Made by a program: the position numbers and the translations under genes
Source of the DNA: an uncultured Pseudobdellovibrionaceae bacterium
GTDB taxonomy: Bacteria; Bdellovibrionota; FAC87; UBA2466
Direction: 5' to 3'
Assembly: GCA_964519985.1 (NCBI GenBank)
Contig: CAZFMF010000002.1
Coordinates: 71,029-135,028 of the forward strand
DNA length: 64,000 bases
Notes under the pieces: generated by a model
The model's input: only the letters and a program-made list of their open reading frames with translations
Told to the model about the DNA's origin: nothing
The model's database searches: none
Part shown: positions 28,619-37,491 of the stretch, in pieces
Numbering within the stretch: position 1 is the first letter of the stretch
Layout: every line of letters begins with the position of its first letter

Positions 28619-29983
28619 TTAGAAGGTCAGTGCGGCCGTCGCCCTCAAAGCGAAAGCGGCTCCGGTGGTGGGCGCGCCAATGCCCGCTCCCGCCAGGAGA
28701 AGACCAAAATCCGCGCCCAAGTGGAAGTTCTTGTAAATCGCGTAATCGGTGCCAGCATCAAATTCGATACCCAAGTTGCCCGATTCCCCCGCCTGGGTCG
28801 AAGCCTTCTGCGCGATCACGACCTCCAGTCCCGACGAAAGGGAGGTCGACCAATCGATCTTCACTCCGGGACGCAAGTACAAGACGCCCGAGAACGCGTT
28901 GTTTCTGCCGTAGGCTACCGGCGTGCCCAGACCCACATTGTTGCCGGCGTAAGTCCCGAGCAACTCGCGGCCCAGGATCAAACCCGGACGGCGATTGCGG
29001 TGCAAGAGGGTAAATCCGGTCATCGTGTCCGCATTGGTATCGGCATCGCCGGTCGCGTAGACGAACTCCAAAAACGTCTTCACCTTGCGGTAGTCCAAAG
29101 CCACGTTCAGCAAAACGCCGAACGCGTTTAAGTCGCGAATGGCGCCCGAGGGGGTGATGGCATTTCCGTTGAGCCAACTCACTTCGCCGCCGTAGGTCAA
29201 GTAACCGCTCGTCTTTTTCAGATACAAATCGACGGCGTTATTGCTCAAAGGCGAAGCCATCCCGGTGGAATTTGGGAAAGCCGTCGAACCCGGCTGCACA
29301 TAGGGGTTACCCGAACCCGCCGTCAGCGCCGTGGCCTGAGTGGCGGATCGCTGCTGTTTCTCAAAGAGCAAACCCGCTTCCACTTCCACTTCCGGATTGT
29401 CGTAACGCAGATAGGCGGAGAAGAATTCTTGGTCGTCGTTGTTCGTCGCCAAAACCGAATTCTTAAGTCCCTTAGAATAGGCCAGCGCCCCGATCACGTA
29501 GCCCAGGTGCAGACGGTATTCGATGCGATCCAGCGTGCTTTGAAAATCATCCCATAGGGTGTCGCCGGAATCGTACATCATGCCATAGCCCCAGGAGACG
29601 GGCATGCGACCGAGACGAAACACCCCGATGTCCGAGGTCCACTCCAGCCACACGCGCGTGAGATTGAAGGCAACGGCCCTCGGATCCCCGAAGATCCAGC
29701 TGCCCTGGCCAGAACGCAATGGGCCAACCGCCGGTGTAAAAAACGGAGAGGAGAGCAAAGACCATTGCGATTTGATGCTGAAATGGTCGTCCACCACGAG
29801 ATTCGGGTTCAACAAAGCCCGGGCCGCGATGTAATTCTTCGAACCCGAGGCCGCGGCACCCAAGCCGAGGTTATTGTACGACGCCGTTTCGGCGCGCAAT
29901 GTCCCGGAGAAATTCATGGTGGCCGCGAAAGAGGCTCCCGACCAGACAAGTACCGCTAACCCTAGCTGAAAACGTGCTTTCAT
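28619..29983 (-). CDS. outer-membrane beta-barrel protein (porin-like)
   Basis: Signal peptide at MKARFQLGLAVLVWSGASFAA; alternating amphipathic strands; C-terminal ...ATAALTF aromatic signature. Confidence 0.55.
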   Translation of the reverse strand: MKARFQLGLAVLVWSGASFAATMNFSGTLRAETASYNNLGLGAAASGSKNYIAARALLNPNLVVDDHFSIKSQWSLLSSPFFTPAVGPLRSGQGSWIFGDPRAVAFNLTRVWLEWTSDIGVFRLGRMPVSWGYGMMYDSGDTLWDDFQSTLDRIEYRLHLGYVIGALAYSKGLKNSVLATNNDDQEFFSAYLRYDNPEVEVEAGLLFEKQQRSATQATALTAGSGNPYVQPGSTAFPNSTGMASPLSNNAVDLYLKKTSGYLTYGGEVSWLNGNAITPSGAIRDLNAFGVLLNVALDYRKVKTFLEFVYATGDADTNADTMTGFTLLHRNRRPGLILGRELLGTYAGNNVGLGTPVAYGRNNAFSGVLYLRPGVKIDWSTSLSSGLEVVIAQKASTQAGESGNLGIEFDAGTDYAIYKNFHLGADFGLLLAGAGIGAPTTGAAFALRATAALTF

Positions 29984-30018
29984 CGTGTCCGACTTCATAT
30001 CCGAGCCTACGGGAGTAG

Positions 30019-30288
30019 TCACCCCCCCTTTTTATGTAGCTCTTCCTCGAGGTATTTCTCGTAAAGGGTGTCCCATTGGCGGCTATTTTCCGGCGGCGGG
30101 TTCTTTTGTGACGAGATGCGTTTGCGCGCCGTCTCGCCACAGGCCTCCATGGCACTTTGGGAACTCAATGCGACGCGCTTGGCTTCGCGCATGGCCTGAA
30201 CCTTATCCGGAAACGTGACCAACGCCCCTTTTTCGAGGCCATCCAAGAGCAGGTGAACGATGTGGATCATTTTCTCTTCTGAAATCAT
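30019..30288 (-). CDS. small conserved hypothetical protein (possibly DUF507-like), paralog of next gene
   Basis: 89 aa; IHIVHLLLDGLEK / WDTLYEKYLEE segments. Confidence 0.35.
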   Translation of the reverse strand: MISEEKMIHIVHLLLDGLEKGALVTFPDKVQAMREAKRVALSSQSAMEACGETARKRISSQKNPPPENSRQWDTLYEKYLEEELHKKGG

Positions 30289-30295
30289 CCGTGCC

Positions 30296-30574
30296 TCAAA
30301 TGACCAGGTTGCGATCCTTGATCAGCTGTTTCTTGATCATCAGGAACATCTTCTGTCGGTCGATCTTATCGCCCATCTGGGCGGCATAAGTTTCCAGGAG
30401 CTTTTCCGCCTCACGGTTGAGATCGTCCTCAACCCTCAAATCGGCGATAAAAATCTCCTCCATTTTCTTCAGGACTTCTGGCTCGGACTTTTTTAGAATA
30501 ACCAACTGCCGGGACTTCAAGGCCAGAAGGATCTTCTGACTGACCATTTTGACCTGGAAGGGCTTGAGCCGCAT
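30296..30574 (-). CDS. small conserved hypothetical protein (possibly DUF507-like)
   Basis: 92 aa; VSQKILLALKSRQLVIL...LLETYAAQMGDKIDRQKM; first gene of the putative envelope operon. Confidence 0.35.
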   Translation of the reverse strand: MRLKPFQVKMVSQKILLALKSRQLVILKKSEPEVLKKMEEIFIADLRVEDDLNREAEKLLETYAAQMGDKIDRQKMFLMIKKQLIKDRNLVI

Positions 30575-30608
30575 GGCAAAAGACTAGTCACCGAGACCAG
30601 CGAATTCA

Positions 30609-32903
30609 ATGAATATGTCTTCCCCTTGGCGCAAACGTTTCCTCTGGACCCTCGTCGGTTGTGGCGTCATTGCGGGCACGCTTTTCGCGCTCCTGGCCGC
30701 GTATATCGGCGTCATCACCCACCGGATCGACACGCGTATCGCCCAGTTGCGGTCCTCCCAGGCCTCAGCGTTCTATGGTTTTTATCCACCCTTCGAGATC
30801 GGGCAGCAGTATTCCGGCGCCGAACTCAATTCCGTGCTCCAAAGCGACGGCTGGTTCGCCAAGAAGTCGCCGGAGGGACTCGTTCCGGGCGAGTACTACT
30901 TGCGCGTGCACTCGACGGGGGCCGAGCTCCAACTCCTACGCGCGGCGTTCGGCGGGGCGGGGCACGATCTGCCGCAAGCGAAGGTGGCAATCGCCTTTGA
31001 AGGGCCCCCGGACGGCTTAGTGATCCGTTCGATTACGGGCGTCGACTCGGGCCAGGCCCTCACCCGCTTGGATCTGCCGCCGAAAAAAGTGGCCAGTTAC
31101 TTCGCCGGCCGTTTGCGCACGCAAAACGCCGTTTCGCTTTCCGAGATGCCGGTTTCCATGCGCATGGCCGCCATCGCGATCGAAGACGTCCGTTTCTTGG
31201 AACACCACGGTGTCAGCCTCCGCAGCACCGTTCGCGCGTTGTTTCGCGATCTCATGGCCCGCAGTTTCGTAGAAGGCGGCAGTACCATTACCCAGCAGCT
31301 GATGAAGAACCTGTTTTTCTCGAATGAAAAAGCGGTTTCGCGCAAACTGAAAGAAGCGATTTTCGCGGTCATCACCGAGGGACGCCACTCGAAAGAGGCG
31401 ATCCTCGAGGCTTATTTAAATGAAGTGTATATGGGCCAATGGGGACCCCACGAAATTCACGGCGTCTCGGAAGGGGCGCAGTACTATTTCAATCGCCCGG
31501 TCACCCGCCTTTCGCTGGCCCAGAGCGCCACCTTGGCCGCCATCGTTCAGGCCCCCAATGCCCATGACCCGCGCCGCCATCCGGAAAAATCGCTGAATCG
31601 TCGCAATCTCGTACTCAAAAAGATGTTAGACGCGGAGTTTATTTTGCCCGACGAATACGAAGCGGCCAAAGAGGAGCCGCTCGGCGTGTCCAAAGAAGGC
31701 ACACTCGCCGATGTCGACTACGCGATCGACTTGGTGCTGAATCGGCTGCCGGCCAATGTGCGCTCGCGTCTCGATACTGACGTCCTGACGATTTATCTTT
31801 CGCTCAATCCCTATCTGCAATCGGCCGCATCGGAAGTTTTGTCAGCAAATATCGAGCGTCTCAAGACCCTGGCTCCCGAAATTGCGGAGAAGGAAAAGGC
31901 GGGCGTGCACTTGCAAGGGGCACTCATCGCCATCGACGTGAAAAACTGCACCTTGTTGGCGTTGCAGGGCGGACGCAGCTATCGCCAGACGCAGTTCAAT
32001 CGGGTGACTCAGGGCAAGCGGCAACCCGGCTCGCTTTTTAAGCCGTTTGTTTTTCTCTCCGCCTTCGCCAAACCCGTCGATCCACCCCTGACGCCACTCA
32101 CCCTGCTGGATGATTCTCCTTTTGAGTGGTCGTACGATAAGCAAACCTGGTCGCCCAAGAATTTTGACGACGATTTTCGGGGCCCCGTGAAGGCGCGCGA
32201 TGTTTTGGAAAAATCGATCAATGTGCCAACCGCGCGCTTAGCGGAACAAGTCGGCATCCCAAAGATTCGCGAAATCATCGCCGCCGCCGGCGTCACGTCG
32301 CCGCTGCCGGCCGTCCCATCGCTTTCGTTGGGCGGGGTCGACGTCACGCCGATTGAATTGGCCGAGGCGTATACAACCATTGCCAACCTCGGGCAGCGCT
32401 GCGAACTGCGACCGCTCTTAGAGGTGTACGATAGCGGTGGCAATCAGCTTTTGAAGACGGAGAAGGTGTCGAGTGAAGCCCTGCCGCCCGAACCGGTTTT
32501 CCAGACCATCAATCTGATGCGCGGAAGTTTTACTCACGGGAGCGCCCGGAGTGCGGCCGGCTACGGCCTACCTGCCCGCGATTTCGCCGGCAAGACCGGC
32601 ACGACCAACGAGGGACGGGATACGTGGTTCGTCGGTTTTTCGCCATCCATCCTGGCACTCATATGGATGGGCTACGACGAGCAGGAAAAACTCGGCCTGA
32701 CCGGAAGTGCGGCCGCGGTGCCGATGTGGACGAGCTTTATGCGCAAAGCCCGCCCCTTTATTTCCAATGATACTTTTCCCGCGCCTACGGGATTGGTGCC
32801 GATGGTGATCGATCGTACGGGCGGCTCCGGCTGCGCCGATCCGCAACTCGAATATTTCACACCCGGAACCGAGCCCTCAAGCTCGACTTGCCCGCAACCC
32901 TAG
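30609..32903 (+). CDS. mrcA: penicillin-binding protein 1A (bifunctional glycosyltransferase/transpeptidase)
   Basis: GT51 motifs (EDVRFLEHHGV, GGSTITQQL, RKLKEA) and a transpeptidase domain (SLFKPF, KTGTT). Confidence 0.92.
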   Translation: MNMSSPWRKRFLWTLVGCGVIAGTLFALLAAYIGVITHRIDTRIAQLRSSQASAFYGFYPPFEIGQQYSGAELNSVLQSDGWFAKKSPEGLVPGEYYLRVHSTGAELQLLRAAFGGAGHDLPQAKVAIAFEGPPDGLVIRSITGVDSGQALTRLDLPPKKVASYFAGRLRTQNAVSLSEMPVSMRMAAIAIEDVRFLEHHGVSLRSTVRALFRDLMARSFVEGGSTITQQLMKNLFFSNEKAVSRKLKEAIFAVITEGRHSKEAILEAYLNEVYMGQWGPHEIHGVSEGAQYYFNRPVTRLSLAQSATLAAIVQAPNAHDPRRHPEKSLNRRNLVLKKMLDAEFILPDEYEAAKEEPLGVSKEGTLADVDYAIDLVLNRLPANVRSRLDTDVLTIYLSLNPYLQSAASEVLSANIERLKTLAPEIAEKEKAGVHLQGALIAIDVKNCTLLALQGGRSYRQTQFNRVTQGKRQPGSLFKPFVFLSAFAKPVDPPLTPLTLLDDSPFEWSYDKQTWSPKNFDDDFRGPVKARDVLEKSINVPTARLAEQVGIPKIREIIAAAGVTSPLPAVPSLSLGGVDVTPIELAEAYTTIANLGQRCELRPLLEVYDSGGNQLLKTEKVSSEALPPEPVFQTINLMRGSFTHGSARSAAGYGLPARDFAGKTGTTNEGRDTWFVGFSPSILALIWMGYDEQEKLGLTGSAAAVPMWTSFMRKARPFISNDTFPAPTGLVPMVIDRTGGSGCADPQLEYFTPGTEPSSSTCPQP

Positions 32904-32946
32904 GCCTGGCTTTGATTTCATTTCGATCTGGGTAGAATCTCTATTC

Positions 32947-33126
32947 ATGCTTAAAACACTCGTCACACTTTCAATGCTTTTTCTACTAGGAAGTTTGGCC
33001 TTGGGAGAGTGTGAAGTCAGAGGCATTGTTTTCCAGCCAAACATCAACGTTTTTCTTTCCACCTTGAAGAGTACGGATTTGGTGAGGAAGCAAGAAAGCG
33101 AAGAACGTTCCTTCGCTCAATCTTGA
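32947..33126 (+). CDS. possible 59-aa secreted peptide in an AT-rich intergenic island
   Basis: Manual translation MLKTLVTLSMLFLLGSLALGECEVRGIVFQPNINVFLSTLKSTDLVRKQESEERSFAQS; below the track's 60-aa cutoff; weak RBS. Confidence 0.2.
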   Translation: MLKTLVTLSMLFLLGSLALGECEVRGIVFQPNINVFLSTLKSTDLVRKQESEERSFAQS

Positions 33127-33153
33127 TTCGGTAAACGGATGAGGCTCCGACCC

Positions 33154-33516
33154 TTAGAGGTTAGCCCAGGTACCCGCTTCTTTCGCGCAATTCGTTTCGT
33201 ACTTCGCGCGGCTATTCGCGGGGGCGAAGTAGAAAGCTTCCGCCTTGGCGGTGAGATTTTCCACGGTCTTCTCGGCGGTGCAAATGCCAGTCGCCCCGGT
33301 GCGATCGCAGGTGGTCTCCGAGTAACCGTCCTGCGCCTGGAAATTTTTCTTCTCTTCTTCAAGTCTGGCCGCGTCCTTCGAGCTAAACCAAGCGTTCACG
33401 CAAACCTTGACACCGTCGGGATTTTCCCTGGTCAGAGAACCCACGAATTGGAGTTCTCCCTTGCCGCAAGCCATCAGCCCCACTACCACCAAACCGAAAA
33501 TCACTTTGTTCAACAT
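33154..33516 (-). CDS. lipoprotein (hypothetical)
   Basis: Lipobox GLMACGKG; 120 aa. Confidence 0.45.
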   Translation of the reverse strand: MLNKVIFGLVVVGLMACGKGELQFVGSLTRENPDGVKVCVNAWFSSKDAARLEEEKKNFQAQDGYSETTCDRTGATGICTAEKTVENLTAKAEAFYFAPANSRAKYETNCAKEAGTWANL

Positions 33517-33641
33517 TCGAATCTCCCTAGGCGAAAAGTCGCCAAGGCGCTGATTGCAAGCTGTGCCAGAAATTCGTGGGCAGAAAAGAAGGCATTGGGG
33601 CGGCTAAACGTTAGACAGAATGCCGGAGACAGAATGCCGGT

Positions 33642-33998
33642 CTAGGCGAAAGCCTTCTGCCAAACCTCTTTGTTGAAGCCGACTAGGCCCAGCTTGTCGG
33701 TGAGGAGAAAGGGGCGGCGGACCAGTCGCCCGTCACTGGCCAGCAATGCCAGGGCCTCGTCCTCCGACATTTTGGGGAGCTTATCCTTCAGAAACTGCGC
33801 CTGGTAGACACGGCCCGCGGTATTGAAGAGCGCCCGGATATTTCCTTGGAAGACGAGCATGCGTTTGAGCTCATCGAGACCCGGCGGCTGGGTAAAAATA
33901 TCGATCCGCTCGACGGCATACCGATGATTGGTCAGAAACTTTAGCGCCTGCTTGCAACTGGTGCAGAGACGGTACTCGTAAAATTTCAGCGTCTTCAT
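33642..33998 (-). CDS. ArsC/Spx/YffB-family redox protein
   Basis: MKTLKFYEYRLCTSCKQALKFL matches the ArsC-family N-terminal CxxC/S fold. Confidence 0.6.
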   Translation of the reverse strand: MKTLKFYEYRLCTSCKQALKFLTNHRYAVERIDIFTQPPGLDELKRMLVFQGNIRALFNTAGRVYQAQFLKDKLPKMSEDEALALLASDGRLVRRPFLLTDKLGLVGFNKEVWQKAFA

Positions 33999-34055
33999 GC
34001 AGGATTCTTTTACCATCTATCGGCGAGAAATGCGCTTGCCGGTCCGGGAGAGGAG

Positions 34056-34451
34056 TCAGTCGATCTGACTCTTAGCCCACTCCACCGTGCGCAGAGCCAA
34101 AGCAATCGTCGCCTTGATTTCCTCGGTGGTAATTTGCACAACGCCTTCCTCATATCGGCGAACGGTCGCGAACTGCCCCAAATCGACCATGCTTTCCGTT
34201 TCGGGGACCACGATAGTGCTTGGAAAGAGTTCAAGCAGGATACCAATTTCGTGGGTCAATGGCAGGGGAACCTCGTTCCAGCACAAAACGGCTTTGAGTG
34301 CCTTCTCAATTGCCTGCTGAGCGAGAAAGAGCGTGTTTTCGGGTCGTCCCTTCTTATAGACCGCCAAGCCCTCAGCCGATTGAAGATCCCCCTCGGCAAT
34401 ACGGAGCAATTCGACGGCGTATGCCTTTTTAAATTTTTGCTTCTTTGTCAT
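34056..34451 (-). CDS. HEPN domain protein (putative toxin of an MNT-HEPN toxin-antitoxin pair)
   Basis: 131 aa all-helical with the conserved region in LFLAQQAIEKALKAVL; overlaps the upstream MNT gene by ~23 nt. Confidence 0.65.
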   Translation of the reverse strand: MTKKQKFKKAYAVELLRIAEGDLQSAEGLAVYKKGRPENTLFLAQQAIEKALKAVLCWNEVPLPLTHEIGILLELFPSTIVVPETESMVDLGQFATVRRYEEGVVQITTEEIKATIALALRTVEWAKSQID

Positions 34452-34824
34452 TGCTTAGTCCGCTTTCCAAACCCGCTCGGCAGTAGGTGCAAACCCCTTG
34501 TTCCCAGGCAACCATGGAAATCCCTCCCAGCTCTCTCAGACGCAAGAACTCCGCTTGAGTCTTCCAAATCAAGTCAACGGGAAGAGTCGAAAGTGGAAAA
34601 AAAGGGCGCAACTTCTTACGCCCCACCTCAAAATGCCGTTGATCGTCCACGACAACGAGAAAATCCAAGTCCGACTGATCGGTCGCTCTGCCCGCCGCCG
34701 CGGATCCGAAGCAAAAAATGCTGCAGGGTTCGACCGCGGTTGCAATGATCGACGTCACGCGAGCAATCTCTGCTTCTTGGAAGTCGCCTGGGAGTGGTCG
34801 ACGGGTGACCTTGAGCGGTTTCAT
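34429..34824 (-). CDS. minimal nucleotidyltransferase (MNT, putative antitoxin)
   Basis: FGSAAAGRATDQSDLDFLVVV is the pol-beta superfamily GS...DxD motif; ATG after GAAGGA. Confidence 0.7.
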   Translation of the reverse strand: MKPLKVTRRPLPGDFQEAEIARVTSIIATAVEPCSIFCFGSAAAGRATDQSDLDFLVVVDDQRHFEVGRKKLRPFFPLSTLPVDLIWKTQAEFLRLRELGGISMVAWEQGVCTYCRAGLESGLSNDKEAKI

Positions 34825-34871
34825 TCCTTCACCATAAAGGGACACTTGGACTCCGGCAACAGCGAGCCGGC

Positions 34872-36839
34872 CTAGTTCAGCAGATCCGCAACCCGAGGAC
34901 GCCTCAATTGGTCCGCGATCCGACGAGCGCAGTCGACGTGTTCTCGCAGGCGTCGCACTTCCGGTGTGGAAGTGGCCTGAAACGCCTCGGACAGCGCTTC
35001 GTAAAATTCTTTCAGATAGTGATCCTTCATCCACTGCATGACCCAAACAACACGGGCCATCGCATACTGATTTTGAATCGTTTCCAGTGAGTCGGTGAGC
35101 ATTTTTTCGCGCGACCGCTCGGCTTTGACCGCGATCGCCGGGGCCGCCTTGAGGAACGTCAAACCACCGACGATCCCTTGCGCGGCTCCTGTCGCAAAGC
35201 TGGTAAAAAAATTCCAGGTGAGAGGGATCGAAACCACCCCGCCGGTCAGAAAGCCAACCACGGGGGGTCCGACCAGCTGCGCCGCGGCGAGCACCAGATC
35301 CCGATTGTGGAAAGACTGGTACGTGTCCGGCTCTTCTTTCTTCAAGCGATTGAGTTCTGCTTCGATCGCACGTTGGAGTTCGGGACCGACCAGTTTCAAT
35401 TTCGCATGTTGCCTTTGCAGCTCCACCTGCGCCTTGAAATACGCCTCGCCGTCCGTGACGTCGCGAAGGATTTTAGCCAGCCGACCCGAGACATGGCCCG
35501 AATCCCGGAGCTGCTTTAACTCTCCGAGCAATCGCGCCACGACTTCCTTCTGCAGGTAGTCCCATTCCGAATCGCGATAGGCGCGCTCTTTCTCGGCAAT
35601 CGCGTCACGCACGAGGAAACGCACGACCGAAGCACCCCCTTTTTGCAAGAAAAGCGGCACGGCCAAAACCGCCTTGGTGGTCCAAGACTGGTGTTGGCTC
35701 TGCCATGTGGCCAGGACCGTCTGACTGAGCGCCCCCGACGGCATCTCCGGCCAGTCTTGCCCTTTGGCGGGCGCGGACTCTTTTTCGCCAAGCATTCGCC
35801 GCAAGTTCGTTAGCGAGGCGTTGGTTTCCTCGACTACCTTTAGAAAGTTCGCAAGGCCCGTCGGAGCGGCCAGCGCTTGCTCCACGGCTCCCAGCTGCGC
35901 TTGCATCCGGACTCTATCGACTTCAAGATTTTCAATTTCCGTCAGCGGATCGATTTGGACGGGCGTTTCGAGCCCATCTTTTCCGATGCGAAAAAAATCA
36001 AGCACCTGCCCGTTCTCCGCGCGCTCCGGATCGTTTTTGATCGCAAATCCTCCGAGGAATTGAATGCCCGCCACTTTACGGAGGTGCTCGAGACGCTGCG
36101 GCCAATGTTTGCGATGAAAGTCTATGTGCGAGCGGTTAAAAACAGCAATCGAAGGCTTGTCGCTGGCCGCGATGTCTTGGAGCAAGGCAACATTGTCATG
36201 GTTCGCGTAAGACTCGTCCAGCATGACCATCACCAAATCCGACGCCATAATAATCGGCAGGGCCAACCGCTCGTTATTACGCTTCACCGAATCGAAATCG
36301 GGAACATCGACCACCACCACATTCGGCGGGACAAGCGGGTGTTTTTTCCACAGCAGGATGCGTTTCCCGTGGGTTTCGGCCGTCGCCTCGTCTTGATTGC
36401 GCAAGGGCCGCAATTCATACCCGGGAAAGAGGGCGGAGAGATAGCGTGGGTCGGAACCTTCCGAGAGAAATACCGTCGGAATCGTCGTGAGCCCACCGAT
36501 GGGACCCGCTCGGGTTAGGCGTTGCTCGCCTTCCGCTCGCAACGTGGAATTCAATCCGGTGGATTTGCCAGCGTTGGCCACACCGGCAAAAGCGACAATG
36601 ATCGGCCGATTGGGGATAAGCAGCTGACCGCCGATTTTTTCCCAAAAGCGATCGAAGTCCGTGGTCTCGTAATCCAGACCCGCGGCCGCGAGGTTCGCCT
36701 TTAGCGTGCGAACTGCGACTTCGATCCCCATCAAACTGGCCGTAAAATCTTCAACGAGCCGCCGGTCGGCCGCTCGGACTGGCATCGCACCGAGCACGAC
36801 ACACAGAAGCCCCCAATACTTCCACCCCATCCCAACCAT
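34872..36839 (-). CDS. large P-loop GTPase-like protein (dynamin-like architecture, noncanonical motifs)
   Basis: G1 AFAGVANAGKSTGLNS; degenerate G3 (VVVDVPDFD) and G4 (VFNRSH); long helical stalk; C-terminal hydrophobic paddle-like segment; N-terminal hydrophobic segment. Confidence 0.5.
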   Translation of the reverse strand: MVGMGWKYWGLLCVVLGAMPVRAADRRLVEDFTASLMGIEVAVRTLKANLAAAGLDYETTDFDRFWEKIGGQLLIPNRPIIVAFAGVANAGKSTGLNSTLRAEGEQRLTRAGPIGGLTTIPTVFLSEGSDPRYLSALFPGYELRPLRNQDEATAETHGKRILLWKKHPLVPPNVVVVDVPDFDSVKRNNERLALPIIMASDLVMVMLDESYANHDNVALLQDIAASDKPSIAVFNRSHIDFHRKHWPQRLEHLRKVAGIQFLGGFAIKNDPERAENGQVLDFFRIGKDGLETPVQIDPLTEIENLEVDRVRMQAQLGAVEQALAAPTGLANFLKVVEETNASLTNLRRMLGEKESAPAKGQDWPEMPSGALSQTVLATWQSQHQSWTTKAVLAVPLFLQKGGASVVRFLVRDAIAEKERAYRDSEWDYLQKEVVARLLGELKQLRDSGHVSGRLAKILRDVTDGEAYFKAQVELQRQHAKLKLVGPELQRAIEAELNRLKKEEPDTYQSFHNRDLVLAAAQLVGPPVVGFLTGGVVSIPLTWNFFTSFATGAAQGIVGGLTFLKAAPAIAVKAERSREKMLTDSLETIQNQYAMARVVWVMQWMKDHYLKEFYEALSEAFQATSTPEVRRLREHVDCARRIADQLRRPRVADLLN

Positions 36840-36888
36840 ACTTCCCGGATAACTGCTTCACCCCGAGTTGCCAAGGAGATTCCGGGAG

Positions 36889-37491
36889 TTAGAGCGTGGC
36901 GAAGGGATAGGAGATCCCAAAAACCGTTTCAGAGTGGGCGTTCATTAAGCCGTAACCCCATTGCACCCAGAGTCGGGTATGCGCGCCATCGCGCCAATCC
37001 CAATTCAGACCCACGGTCGGCCGCACGCCCGTTTCGGAGGTCCCTTTCCCCAGCGCAAATGAGGGAGTGACTTGCGCGCCAACAAACGGAACGAGTACGC
37101 CCGCGCTGGAGAAAAAAGCGCGGCTAAGGGTTCCGGAAGCTCCGAGCGAGAAAAATCCTTCGCCGCGATCACGTTGAAAAACGGAGGAAATCCCAAAGGC
37201 ACCGCGCACCCGTCCGCTGGCGAAAACCTCCCACTCCCCTTCGGCCCCAAAATGAAAACCGGCCATCCCGGAGCCAAAAACCATCCCGGTGCGCAAACCG
37301 GGTTCCGGTTCCAGACTCAATCGCGAGGTCAGGTAGGCGCCCGCTCCACCGCCCCGAAAACCCGGGGCCAACGAGAGGTGGGCGCGGGGGATCAGCGCGG
37401 GCAACCCACCCGTGAGCAAGCCCCCGGGGATTTCACGCGCCGGGAGCGACGCACTAAGAATTGCGATGAAAAAAAGGCTACTCTTCCACAC
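36889..37491 (-). CDS. small secreted/outer-membrane protein (hypothetical)
   Basis: Signal peptide MWKSSLFFIAILSASLPA; Gly/Ser-rich beta-strand pattern; start overlaps murA stop by 14 nt. Confidence 0.35.
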   Translation of the reverse strand: MWKSSLFFIAILSASLPAREIPGGLLTGGLPALIPRAHLSLAPGFRGGGAGAYLTSRLSLEPEPGLRTGMVFGSGMAGFHFGAEGEWEVFASGRVRGAFGISSVFQRDRGEGFFSLGASGTLSRAFFSSAGVLVPFVGAQVTPSFALGKGTSETGVRPTVGLNWDWRDGAHTRLWVQWGYGLMNAHSETVFGISYPFATL

